Below the pieces are notes generated by a model, which saw only the letters and a program-made list of their open reading frames with translations, ran no database searches and was not told the origin of the DNA. Both the position numbers and the translations under genes were made by a program. Shown here piece after piece: positions 1-10,860 of a stretch of DNA of 43,739 nucleotides (positions are counted from its first letter, which is position 1; the number at the start of each line of letters is the position of its first letter). The stretch spans positions 124,001-167,739 of the forward strand of contig JAPEUI010000030.1 of the NCBI GenBank assembly GCA_026025075.1, given 5' to 3'. The stretch is from Vezdaea acicularis (lineage: Eukaryota).

Positions 1-976
1 GGATGACATGGTCTCGATCTTCCAGACCAGCCCAGTCGAGGAAATGCGACGTTTCCAATGGGTAGTCCTGTGAGAGATAGCAATGGTCACGGACCATCTC
101 TGCAGCTTGAACAGATGTAAGTTTTCCGGGAAAGGTCGGGTATTTCACCTGCAAGAGTTTAAGGAGGTACTCCGTGCCCTGATATCCCCCCCAATTGAGG
201 CGCGTAGCATGTGAAAGGATCGGTTTGGAGTTGAAGATGGGAATGAGTTCTGTTGATGTATGTGAGGAGGACAGCACCAGGCCAGATTTGCCGTTGTTGT
301 GTCGGTAAGAAAAGAGCGAGTCCACGCCATACGCTATCGAAGGCGCAGAGTATCGCTCAAAAATGATTTCCGTCATTGCTATATAGGTAACAGTCAGTAC
401 TCCCCCCTTGAATTGTCAGGGCTTGATCTCGAAAATCTTACCCTTTCGTGCAGACCCAAGGTTCGCCAATGCCTCCGTCATGACAATTGGCCGCCCGACT
501 CCTCCATCTGATCCGTCTACGCCTAGCCTCCGGAAAATAAAACTCAGAACATTCTCCATCACATCCCAGTTCGCGACAAGGCCGCTACCCGCACCAAATG
601 CATTTTTGAGTTGCTGTCGAGAATTGGCGTCTACATAGGCATCTGATCCGACAAATGTGCATTTCCTGCTCAATTTTCTATCCGTATACCTCGACATTAT
701 TGGCGGTAGAGTCAATCGCGGATTGGTGTCGGTCGACCATCCGGCCTTTGTCGTTCCCGAGCCTGTAATGTTATTAAGGATTTCTTCGATGGGGAATGAG
801 GAGAACCTACCATTGTCAATAACTATGGCAGTATCCGCGGTTGTGTTCCTGTAGCCGTTGGGAGGGGCTGGCTTCAGGCCCTCAAAAGCGGTCTCCTTGA
901 CGGTATACAACCGTCTAGGAGGCTTTGGTGAGTTCTGTCTCGAGGGCTCAACAGAGCCATTCGCATGTGGGGCCAT
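1..976 (-). CDS. ARP5: Actin-related protein 5 (INO80 subunit), 5' part; runs off the window start. Exons 976-811, 762-442, 378-<1
   Basis: Spliced translation gives AIVIDNG|SGTTKAGW...VANWDVME...PIVMTEALAN...AMTEIIFERYSAPSIAYGVDSLFSY...RLNWGG...LQVKYPTF...VRDHCY, an actin fold with Arp5-type motifs. Introns 810-763 and 441-379 are GT-AG. Confidence 0.93.
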
Positions 977-1267
977 GGGAGGAGCTTATAGTGGCATAAT
1001 ACGAATAAGAACCCCTATGAGTTCCTAGGGTCGCAAGGTTCGGAGAGGCCCTTGGCGAGGCCCTCGGACGGTGGTATTCGCCTGCCTTGCATTTCGGCGA
1101 TTGTCAGGAATCGCGAGTTGAGTTTCTCGCGACCTTTATTCACGCAAGTCCGGCCCGATAGATGTTCCGGCGCATTTCAAGTGTATGGTGGGGCAGACGC
1201 GACATCCTACCTCCACGCGTTTTGTAGTCTTGTAGGTACAGGAAGACAGGTCTGAGTTGTTTCGGAC

Positions 1268-1730
1268 ATGGTAAGTAACGGCCGATGATTTTCTCTAACG
1301 GGTACGCATATATATTTACAACGTGTAGGAAAGCCCGCACGAACATCAGCAGAATCTGCTTCTATCGCGAATCATCACCAATGTCGTGAGTTGGTCAACC
1401 GCAGTTGATCCAAGCCGGACTTCGTACTCATCTGCCCCTTCCTCAACCAGGAAAAGCTCAATGAAGCTGTGATGGTACTCAATAAGAATCTTCAGGTAAA
1501 TTTCAGAATGCTATGAAGCCATCTCTTCAGCACCGTATTCTTTACTTACATCTAGCCCTAGGAAATCAATATCCAGAACATGAACGTCGAGCTAGTAGCT
1601 CAAATGTTCAAAAACTATCAGTCAAATGTTCTATTCCACTTAGAAGGTAATCATCCCGACTCCCGATCGGAAGGACTGTGATGTAGATGACTCCTTTATA
1701 GCCACGGATAGTCTGAAAGATCCATCCTAA
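1268..1730 (+). CDS. DAD4: DASH/Dam1 kinetochore subunit Dad4 (72 aa). Exons 1268-1270, 1329-1385, 1451-1495, 1562-1646, 1702-1730
   Basis: Splicing four GT-AG introns gives [72 protein letters not shown], recognisable as Pezizomycotina Dad4. Not in the ORF track. Confidence 0.93.
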
Positions 1731-1890
1731 GGTCTGTGCACATCCTCACTCGCAGCTATTGATGTTCGAAAAAGCTTGACTTGTTTTGTTGAGCGCGGAA
1801 TTGTGGCTGCGATTGTGGATAGTCAAGACGCGTATAAAATCTGAAAATAGTAGCTCTGCAATCTTCCAGTGCAGTGAACGAATTGAAGTT

Positions 1891-1916
1891 TAGCCCAATA
1901 GCCCAATAGCCCAATA
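1891..1916 (+). repeat. (TAGCCCAA)x3 tandem repeat containing three CCAAT boxes upstream of IES6
   Basis: tagcccaa tagcccaa tagcccaa ta, about 180 bp upstream of the IES6 ATG. Confidence 0.8.
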
Positions 1917-2095
1917 TCTACTCCCTTGGATGGGGGTGTTCGGAGATTTACACAGCCTGGTGGATGGTCGTGGCTACATGGCCTATTCAGGAACTACATT
2001 TTTGAAGAGCGACCATTTCCGTAGCCACCCTCCCAAACTCGTTTGTGGCAACCTTCCATCATAGACCCACATTCGATTGAATACGCTACCACACA

Positions 2096-2620
2096 ATGGC
2101 GCCCTCCACACCTGATGAAGCTCATCTCGAGCTGCTCGAAAAGCTCAATCAAACCGACCTCCCCGCGCCATTCTTCAACTCAGATTGGAGACCCTCCCAA
2201 CGCCGCAACAAGACCGTAACACAGATGATATCGGAAGACTCGCGCCGCGAAGCCTCCCTCCTAGCCACCCAGAACAACAGTGGTGCAATAACGCCTCTAG
2301 CGGGCTCTCACACAACAGCCACGCCCTCGAACATCGCCCAAGCCGCTCAAAATCTCTCCACCTTGGTGCTAGAGAGAAACCTGGCCAACGCCTTGACACA
2401 AGGGCCAATGCCACCCACGTACATGAACATCGAAGCGGCGCCGAGTACGAAGCCGAAAAAGAAGTACTGCGACATCACGGGCCTACCGGCGCCATATACA
2501 GACCCGAAGACTGGCCTCAGATACTTCAACAAGGAGATTTATGGGTTCATTCAGAGCTTGACTCCCGGCCAGGTCCAGCAGTACTTGGAACTTCGGGGTG
2601 CTCATACGGTTCTCAAGTAG
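2096..2620 (+). CDS. IES6: INO80 complex subunit Ies6 (YL1-C domain)
   Basis: Intronless 174 aa ORF with RRNKT and TYMNIEAAPS...KKYCDITGLPAPYTDPKTGLRY...YLELRGAHTVLK. Confidence 0.95.
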   Translation: MAPSTPDEAHLELLEKLNQTDLPAPFFNSDWRPSQRRNKTVTQMISEDSRREASLLATQNNSGAITPLAGSHTTATPSNIAQAAQNLSTLVLERNLANALTQGPMPPTYMNIEAAPSTKPKKKYCDITGLPAPYTDPKTGLRYFNKEIYGFIQSLTPGQVQQYLELRGAHTVLK

Positions 2621-3729
2621 TTATAAGGAGCTCCCTGCTTCAGAGATTTCGATCGTTTTACACTAGGATACCTTGATGGCGTAAAGCTGCTCACATATCA
2701 GTTGTTCAATAGATGGTACGGCGAGGCATATGGTCACGAAAAGCATTGCATCGGTGGGCGCCCATGAAAACGGAGTTTTCGGCGTCACGGCGGGACATAA
2801 GGAGTCGGGCGGTCTTCAGAAATAACCTTGCCTCTAAAATCTTATTGAGTTATGTTATGTAGATTGACTCTACGCTATCCAATCTAAACTGCAATGTCTG
2901 GCCATCAAAGTCAAACATCTCCCACCCACTCTGCCCCTCTCGAAACAGAGCTCAAGGAGACACTCCGGCTTAATCGTGACCTACGAAAGATGGTTCTCTT
3001 TTCGCCGTGAAGACGGGGTACCGGTTGTCCAACGGAGTACTGTGACAAGCAGTTACAGCGACAACAACTCACTGTCGTCTTGGCGGGCGTCGATGATTAT
3101 CATAGAGGTATATAAACCCGTAGATGAAGTGAAGGCAAGAGATACGTCTTCTTGGACCTTCAACTAACCGTTTCAGGCGCCCTACTCCCACCTTCTTTTC
3201 AAGTTGTTCTTCCACCTATAATCAACAAAAAGGAAAGCAATTTTGAATAGCTTCAAAAATACGTTGCACCCTATGACGCTGAGCAGGATAGACACTACAC
3301 CTGGCAAGATATATCCAGAGTCGCTGGTAGATTTTCCATTGACCCAGCGCACAATCAAGGTTTTTGATGCAACAGACATATCTTCGAAGGAAGTTCATAA
3401 CAGACCACGACTTCCGACCCTCCTCCCATCTAAGCGACTCCCCAATCAGCACGCCAAGCCCTCGCGACCGCCTCCACGGAAAAAAGGACGTCCTGCGCGT
3501 CTCCCAAAACTGCACGAAAGGCCAGCTCTCCCCAAAGCACCTCTTCTCTCCAATGCCCTCGCCGCGCCCACCATCGCCGCCTCCCGCCTTTCTCCTCGTC
3601 ACTCTTTCATGACGCCGTTGTTGTTCTTGTTGTTGCGACGCTCTTTTCTTAGAGACTTCATTCGCATTGATTGAAGATCGGGTGCTGGGATAGAGTACTA
3701 GACTTTTGTTCGACAAGGAAGTAGGGACG

Positions 3730-4280
3730 ATGCCAATGATGTGGCTTTCCGATACGCAGAGTAAACCTCCCCCCTCTCCTCCCCTCGATCCCACCACCAT
3801 ACCTCCCTAGCATAGCTAACCCGCAACCACAGAAATCGGCGTCGCCTTCTGCACAGGCGGTTAGCCCCCCTCTCTCCCTCCCCGCAACACCACGACCTCC
3901 CTAACCCCCCTCTCTTAGGCAGCCTCTTCCTCCTAAGCGGGCTCATCCTCTTCTTCGACCGGGCCCTCCTCGCCATGGGCAACATCCTCTTCATCCTGGG
4001 CCTACCCCTAATAATCGGGCCCTCCAAAACGCTCATCTTCTTCGCGCGCCGCCAGAAATGGCGGGGGACCGCCGCCTTCACGGGGGGTATTCTGCTGATC
4101 CTCCTGCGTTGGCCGTTGATTGGCTTTTTGGTCGAGCTCTATGGCATTTTTGTCCTGTTTGGCGATTTTTTGGGGACGATTGGCGGCGTGCTGAGGAATG
4201 TGCCGGTCGTGGGACCGTATGTGGGTATGGCGATGGATAGGTTGGGCGTGGCGAGGAGGGGGGCGGAGTTGCCTGTTTGA
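3730..4280 (+). CDS. GOT1: Got1/Sft2-family Golgi membrane protein. Exons 3730-3760, 3833-3859, 3919-4280
   Basis: MPMMWLSDTQK|IGVAFCTG|GSLFLLSGLILFFDRALLAMGNILF...FGDFLGTI...LPV. Both introns have CTAAC branch points. Confidence 0.92.
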
Positions 4281-4638
4281 CAAGGAGGGGGGAGAGGGGG
4301 AAGGTGGAGGGTTTGAGGGTGTATATAGGTGTGCGAGAAAGGAGGGGGGGGGGGCTCATATCATACGCTGCATTGCGGGGCGTTTATATTCATCCCACAT
4401 AGGCGATCTGGCATATTTTCTTTGCGTGATGGATAGCAAAGGCAGATGGTGTCTGATATTCGACTTCTGGGAGCTATATCCCGTCATATGACACACTCAC
4501 TACCCTAAAATCAACTGACATCTGTCCGTATTCCATATATTTGCCCTATCGCTGCGTCCCTTGGACCCTTATACTTTGATGCCCCGATGCGTGAGTAGGA
4601 AAGAGTTGATGCTGGTCCCGTAGATGTGTTCCCTCCGA

Positions 4639-5301
4639 CTAGTACCCCTGCTTGATGAGATAGTCTGCGAGCTGCTCGACAATGTTGGTCGCGGCGCCCG
4701 GCTGGACCGTGTCGGGGTAATGGGCAATGAGGATGCATTGCTTTGTCTTGACGCAAATTACACCTTCTTTGCCCTTGAGTGGTGTCAGTGCTTATTGCAA
4801 AGTTTTATGACCTGGATCAGTGCCCCAAGGGGGTAGGCAGGTGTGATGACTGCACGCACCTGCTTTCCGTATATACTTCGATCATCCGCCCTCAGAGTGA
4901 TGTACTTCACCTTGGCTACATGGAATCCACCCTCTATGATGGTCTCAGGCTTTGTGAAGCCGGCGACTAGGTTTTTCGTCTCAGACGCCTCGACCTGGAT
5001 TACGTCAGTCCCAACGCTCACTCCTGGTACAAACACCGAGCTGCACAAAGCCAGGAGCTATGACCATTGCTAGAGGGTTCGTACTGGAAATGATGGAGAG
5101 ATGGCCCAAACATTATGGCCGTCAGCGGAGAAGATGGCAGCGTGGTCAATCTGGCCGGTGCCGAGCAGGCTACAAGAGAAAAGTCAGGCATCAGATGGGA
5201 AGCCGGCAGAGGAGGAGAATATACCTGGTGTCAACGTATGCTAATCGAGCCGTCAGCGAGCATCTTTAAGATTGTCTGGTGTCCTCACCTTGCCAAGACA
5301 T
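4639..5301 (-). CDS. PFY1: Profilin (127 aa). Exons 5301-5289, 5240-5225, 5169-5085, 4994-4860, 4773-4639
   Basis: Spliced: [51 protein letters not shown]...[60 protein letters not shown]. Confidence 0.95.
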
Positions 5302-7104
5302 CTTGGGTAGGATAAGATCTGGATGTTTTGTTGATAGAAGAGTCACAACCTCAGGGTGCCGAGAACGTTTTCTATAACTTGGACCGAACGGCTCAGACTT
5401 GGCGGGCTTGATAGCAGCGTGGATCTTTGTGCACGGGTTCCAGGAAATGAATTCTGGCAGGTTTTGAAAGAGTGCAGCGTGAAGATGAGAATGGTGCAAT
5501 CGGATATTGACAGAGGTCAGGTTGGTCACTGTTTTGGCGGGGCATACGCGCGAAGAAAAGAAACTTCAAGATCAGACCTCCAGCCCCGCGCCGGCACCTG
5601 ACGAGAGTCTGACCGAACCACCCCATTCGATATAATCTATAATAAATCATATGAACTAGAGCATATATTCCGATTTATGCTCAGTTCATACCCTGACAAA
5701 TGGATTATGAGGTCAGTTGACACCACATGTCTCTCGTCGGGGCCCAGCCCACGTGCGAACGAACGCATGGCGAGCCACGGTTCTCATCTCACGCCATTGA
5801 TATCCGCATTTGCCCTATGCTCGGTGCCCTAATGCCCTGCCTTATTGGCATGTGCATGCTAAGATGACGAGGCGTTCGGATCGAGGTGTGATAATCTATT
5901 GTAGCGACGGCTTATCGATTGCGGGGCACAGTATTGACTGAGATGCTTTGCTTGTTCCTGGCTCGGATTGTCGCGCCCCCTTTCATGATGCAGATCCTCC
6001 ATCCGCCGCCCCTCCCATTGCCACTCCGAAGGCTCGGCGGGGGATTCCAGTCCACCCTCCATCGAAGCTTGGTTGCGCCGGGTAAAGACCGTTGTCCATC
6101 GCTCTGTCATGGTCAAGCTGATGTGTCGATGAAGATCTCGTCGCAGAGTGCAGTTCGTCTACTTGGGACAGGGGGCCAGTGGTATAATTTCAGGGCAGGG
6201 CGAATGACGAGTTTCGCTACGGGCCACACCATCGGCCCGCCCGGCACCAAAGCCCCGTCCGACGCCCGCTGCTGCCCGTGACTGGCGCGTGCGTTTTATA
6301 CAAGGACGGACGAGGTGATAAACGAAGTAATGAACGAAGAGGGTCCGAGTGGTTCATCAATGACCAATGCCGGCGGTGGCCCGGTCGCAGGCTGTGTGCG
6401 TGAAGAAAAATACAGACTGTCATAGTCGTAGTCACGGCTGCTGACGGCGTCTCGGTGCCTTTTGTTGACAGCTCGACGGCCCCCGCCCTTCGATGCGCGC
6501 TTCGTTTCATTAGGGCATGTTCGCGTTACAGCTGTTTGCTTGATGACCGGGAGAAAGCAACGGACCCCCCGTCGTGTTCCTCCACTCATGGTAGCCGCCT
6601 GCTCGGGGGTCTGCACTGGAGTTCTGCCAGTGTCCTGAAACGCCGCCGCAAGGGAGCGGTGGTGGGGCGGGCCCATGGTAGCGGACGAAGCTCACGTCGG
6701 CTGCTGCACGGCGGTGCGCGCGCCGTCCTTTCATCTGCTTTCTTGGCGGCACGCGATAAGCAGCCAAGCGGCCAAGCAGCCTCTTCCTTGCCCGCCGCCG
6801 CCAGAAGGAAGCGTCCTCTCGTATAATAATTTCTGCTCCACGACCTGGCGTCTGCTGCACCGACCTCTTTCATTTCTTCCTCATCCGTCCAACCTGCTTC
6901 CAACTTGCGTCTTTTCTCTTTCATTCTCTTCTTTCCTTTCCCATCTTTGGCTGCTTTGACAGTCGTCCACTCCTTTGATATACTGTCCTTCCCGCTTCCT
7001 TCACCTTCGCCACGACCCATCAGATTCACTTCGGACTCATGTGAACGCGTTCCTTTCAACTTCACAGCATAAAACGATAGATTTACAACCGATCTTTCAT
7101 CGCA

Positions 7105-8892
7105 ATGGGATTTGGCAGGTCCTTTTCCCTTCGCAGGCGACGACAGCAGGCTGAACCGCCGCGGACTGGATCGGCCGCGTCATTCACAACGCCGGACGCG
7201 CTATTGCAAGGCCATGTGCATCCACCCAGGCGTGAGACGGATCCACGACCAGTACCAGGACATGGAGCATCTCAAAGTTACTCCCTGGTTAGACCCAAAA
7301 CATCCCACGGACTAGGTAGAGGAGGTTGGGATGAACCTTCGGTCAATCCGTTACGAGCTCATCATCCGGACCACTTCCAACAGCAACGATTGCATACAGA
7401 TGAAATGCCTCCCACCGTTCCGCCAAAAGAGGCTTCCAGCTTTCAAACGAATATCCCCATTGGTATTGCTCTTGGAAGTCCTCAACTAGGGACAACTCAG
7501 GCACCTGGCCGGGCTCCCAGAAACATCAAGCCCAGCCCATGGGAGACTGCGTCTGCTGCTGAACATGGAGAAGCGAAAGAGGCTTCGTTCGCCCTTGAGA
7601 CGCAAGATACGCTGAAGCGAAGACCGAGCAAGTGGGGGAAGATTGGGGGCCTCTTCTCTCAGAGGAAGAACTCGACGGATTCGAACTCCAATGAATCACC
7701 GCAAGCTACTACCACCAGTGCTGAAACCGAGATGGGCGACCGCACTCGAGATCGCTCGGATTCAGCGTCTAGCTCTTTGCAAACGAGCCAGGCTATGCAG
7801 AGTACGCCACTCCGACCAAAACCAACTGTAGTGGGGCGAAAGCGGAGCATTCGTAAACGCCATGGGTACAAACGGTCTTCAATTCCACCAATCCCGGAAG
7901 GGACCATTCTTCCACAAGAACAGCCGAAGTCCGTCGTCCCTATCCCAGCACCGACTCTAAGTGTGGATATACCAACGACAAAGATGGACCGATACAGTGT
8001 CATGTTTGCTGGCGTCCTCCAGGCGAACCAGGAAGACTCTTTGCTCGCGCGTAGACAAGCAACATTGGAGAAGAGAAGAAGCCGAAGCTCTGTCTTGCCC
8101 GAGAGAAGATCGAGCCGTCGATACAGTCCCCCTTCGGCCGTTTCTCATACAGCGGCAAGAACAAGGCCACATTCGAAGAGGGCGTCGATCAATCGAAGTG
8201 CTCGATCCAGATCCAGAGATGTTGCGACTAAAAGCCGGGTCCCCTCTCCCACACCAGAGGAGCTGCCTCAACTATGTATCGCTTCCTCTCCCTCATCCGA
8301 AGATGAAGTTACGTCTCCCGGAACTCCTCCACGACCTATACTTGAAGAAAGAGCATTCAGTGCTCCGGACGTTGTTCCTGCCCCACTACGCCTACGCCCT
8401 AAATTTTCGCTCCAAGAATCCGAAGATGATAGTGCGATTGTGGTCATAGACGATGCTCCAACCGAAGAACCTCTTCCTCACCACCTTCCAGGGGAAGCCA
8501 CGATCCGCAAGAACCGCATGTCGCTCACGCCAAACCGCCTTGAATTCGGTGGAAAAGAGTTTTCGAATCTCACGGAGCCCAGATCCCTCGGCGCCACCAC
8601 GCAAGTCACTGGTGGCCTGCCACTGCAGCCCGAGAGAACTCCAGGTAGTACAAGTATCTCTCATAGCCTTGACAGCCATGCTAACCAGCATTCAGAAGAG
8701 ATTCTTGTCGCCCGACAGACCTCTATGCGTCGTCGTCAGCTTCTCCTTCCTATCGTTCGCAAAAACGAACGCATGAGGGGCGAATCCCATGAGCGCCTAG
8801 TCGTCGATCAACTCATGCTGAAGCCGCAACTCATCGACCTCCACAAGGGCCATCCCCGTAAATCGCAGCAGATACAGCTGGACTGTGCTTAG
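7105..8892 (+). CDS. Hypothetical Ser/Pro/Arg-rich, largely disordered protein (595 aa)
   Basis: Long intronless ATG-initiated ORF with short ordered-looking islands (IGIALGSP, KWGKIGGLF, LSVDIPTTKMDRYSVMF, SLLARRQ). No recognised domain. Confidence 0.8.
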   Translation: MGFGRSFSLRRRRQQAEPPRTGSAASFTTPDALLQGHVHPPRRETDPRPVPGHGASQSYSLVRPKTSHGLGRGGWDEPSVNPLRAHHPDHFQQQRLHTDEMPPTVPPKEASSFQTNIPIGIALGSPQLGTTQAPGRAPRNIKPSPWETASAAEHGEAKEASFALETQDTLKRRPSKWGKIGGLFSQRKNSTDSNSNESPQATTTSAETEMGDRTRDRSDSASSSLQTSQAMQSTPLRPKPTVVGRKRSIRKRHGYKRSSIPPIPEGTILPQEQPKSVVPIPAPTLSVDIPTTKMDRYSVMFAGVLQANQEDSLLARRQATLEKRRSRSSVLPERRSSRRYSPPSAVSHTAARTRPHSKRASINRSARSRSRDVATKSRVPSPTPEELPQLCIASSPSSEDEVTSPGTPPRPILEERAFSAPDVVPAPLRLRPKFSLQESEDDSAIVVIDDAPTEEPLPHHLPGEATIRKNRMSLTPNRLEFGGKEFSNLTEPRSLGATTQVTGGLPLQPERTPGSTSISHSLDSHANQHSEEILVARQTSMRRRQLLLPIVRKNERMRGESHERLVVDQLMLKPQLIDLHKGHPRKSQQIQLDCA

Positions 8893-9382
8893 AGGCTGCT
8901 ACGAGGAGGCAGATTATATATACCCCTATCTTTGCTGACGTACTTTACGATTTCACTGCGTATCCATCATGCGTTCAAGAGCACGCAGGAGCAGAGTACG
9001 GCTTCGAGATCCTCGCTAGCTATACCATGTATCATATCTCTGCGAACCAGGGCTCATCACTTTGCTTGGTCCGGGCCAGCTCGCGAAGCTTGGCTCGTCC
9101 CTCGTCCCTTGACTCCTTCCAAGTGCCTTATGTGAGAGCACTAACCAAGCCGTGATCAATGCGTTCTATTGATCTCATCTGCTTGCGCGGGATCCGCAGC
9201 GTGCGAGAGATTTGACAGCTGCGTGGTTTAATCACGTCAGTGTCTGCACCGCGCTCTCTTCCCGCTTTTCCTCATCATACATCTTTGATAATTCGCCCGT
9301 CCAGATTCGCTATGACTTGTCCTCTCAAGCCGCCGTCCCTCCCACCGGTCTCCCCGAGCAGGCCAACTGCCTTAGCTCCGCG

Positions 9383-10375
9383 ATGCTGCTCGCGCCGTCA
9401 CCTCTTCCCCCTCTCCTTCTCCTTCTCCTCTTCCTCAACCCCACACAAGCTCAAAATCCACCAGACAACACCCAACCCGCCATCCCAACACCAGCGCCGC
9501 GCCGGCGCCTCCCCCCACTCAACCTTGCCCTCCCACTCATCCCCCTGACCGCCGTCCGCCGACCCACACCCCCCCTCGCCCTCCCCACCTCCCCCTCCCA
9601 ACCCACCAACTCCGCCGCCTACATAGACCCCGACGAACCAGTCGCCCTCGTCGACGAAATAACCTCCCCCCGCGCCCTTGCCGCCATCGAAACCTTCCTA
9701 ACCCACAACCCCTCCGTAACAGAGGGCTTCCAGGAATACGCTCCCCGCTGCATAGGCGTAACCCCCCACCTGCGCGACACCGGCACCGACCTACCCAGCA
9801 CGATCCTCTTCTCTCTCTTCAGCCTCGAACTCCCGCTCTCCTCCTACCTCACCCCGCAAGACCTGTGCGCCGCTGCGCAATGGGGCGGTGCCGCGCGCAG
9901 CTTGGGGGGGACTTGTGTTTTCTTTCCCACCAAGGGCTTTCCCGGGCTGCCTGCAGCGGCGGTGGGGGTGCCGGTCTTCGTGTTCAAACCCGGCGTGAGG
10001 GATGAGGCGATGGTAGGTGCGCAGAGGCTGAGAGAGTTTTGTACGACCGTCTGTGGGTGCGAGGAAGCACCTGATTTGAACTTGGAGCGGGAGAGGTTTA
10101 GGGAGCATGTTGCGGGTACCTATTTTGAGCCCTTTGAGGGGTATGTATGGCTGCCGAAGGTTGGGAAGAAGTTTTTTAGGAATGCGGCGGTGGGGGGGTT
10201 GGATTGGGTGGGGAATTGGAAGGGGGGGAAGAAGGAGGGAAAGGAGGGGAAGGAGGACGAGAAGTGTAGGAGGAGTAGGTGTTGGTCGGAGGAGAGGGTT
10301 GGGGGGGTGCAGTGGGCGGGGCAGATTGGGAGGGCGGAGGGGAGGAGTATTTGGTTGGGGGGAGGGAGGAGGTGA
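9383..10375 (+). CDS. Putative secreted cysteine-containing protein
   Basis: ATG 9383 starts a signal-peptide-like MLLAPSPLPPLLLLLLFLNPTQA-Q, then a Pro/Thr linker and a Cys domain (PRCIG, LCAAAQWGG...LGGTC, EFCTTVCGC). The G-rich 3' end is uncertain. Confidence 0.65.
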   Translation: MLLAPSPLPPLLLLLLFLNPTQAQNPPDNTQPAIPTPAPRRRLPPLNLALPLIPLTAVRRPTPPLALPTSPSQPTNSAAYIDPDEPVALVDEITSPRALAAIETFLTHNPSVTEGFQEYAPRCIGVTPHLRDTGTDLPSTILFSLFSLELPLSSYLTPQDLCAAAQWGGAARSLGGTCVFFPTKGFPGLPAAAVGVPVFVFKPGVRDEAMVGAQRLREFCTTVCGCEEAPDLNLERERFREHVAGTYFEPFEGYVWLPKVGKKFFRNAAVGGLDWVGNWKGGKKEGKEGKEDEKCRRSRCWSEERVGGVQWAGQIGRAEGRSIWLGGGRR

Positions 10376-10860
10376 GGGTGAGCAAGGGGGGACAGGTGGT
10401 TGATGGCTGTCTTTCCTGTGAGACTGGCTATGCTACGTTTTTGGAAAGAGCTTGCCTTTTTGGAAATCTCGACTCAGATAACCTTGGGTCCTAGTCTTTG
10501 GGGCTCGGACTGTATAAAACCCATGCGCTTATGAGAGCAAGTCATAATAGTACGGCATCTTAGATGTCTGGCATGAGAGATACCGTCATGCTATCTGACA
10601 GATTGCTTATGAGGTTGCAAGGCGTAGTCGATACTAAGACTCCTCTGTTTCCGCACATTTGAAAGAGATGGTTGCCCAAAAATCCATAAAATAATATCCT
10701 TGCTTGCGACGCAATTGACGATGATGAAGTATCTTCAACTGCTACATCCTCAAGACATTGCATATGCTAAATTGGAATCGCAAGATACCTTACTGTAAGA
10801 GCAATACTTCGGTTTCTCACATCTCCACCAACCCTAGATAGCTTACATACAGACTTCAAA

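Noticed and set aside
2894..3700. ORFs between IES6 and GOT1, plus a CTAAC...CAG acceptor near 3176
   Set aside because: All three frames after the acceptor stop early; no coherent gene model or recognisable domain.
5600..7100. Overlapping GC-rich ORFs upstream of the 7105 gene
   Set aside because: No motifs; typical promoter/5'-UTR sequence with a pyrimidine tract.
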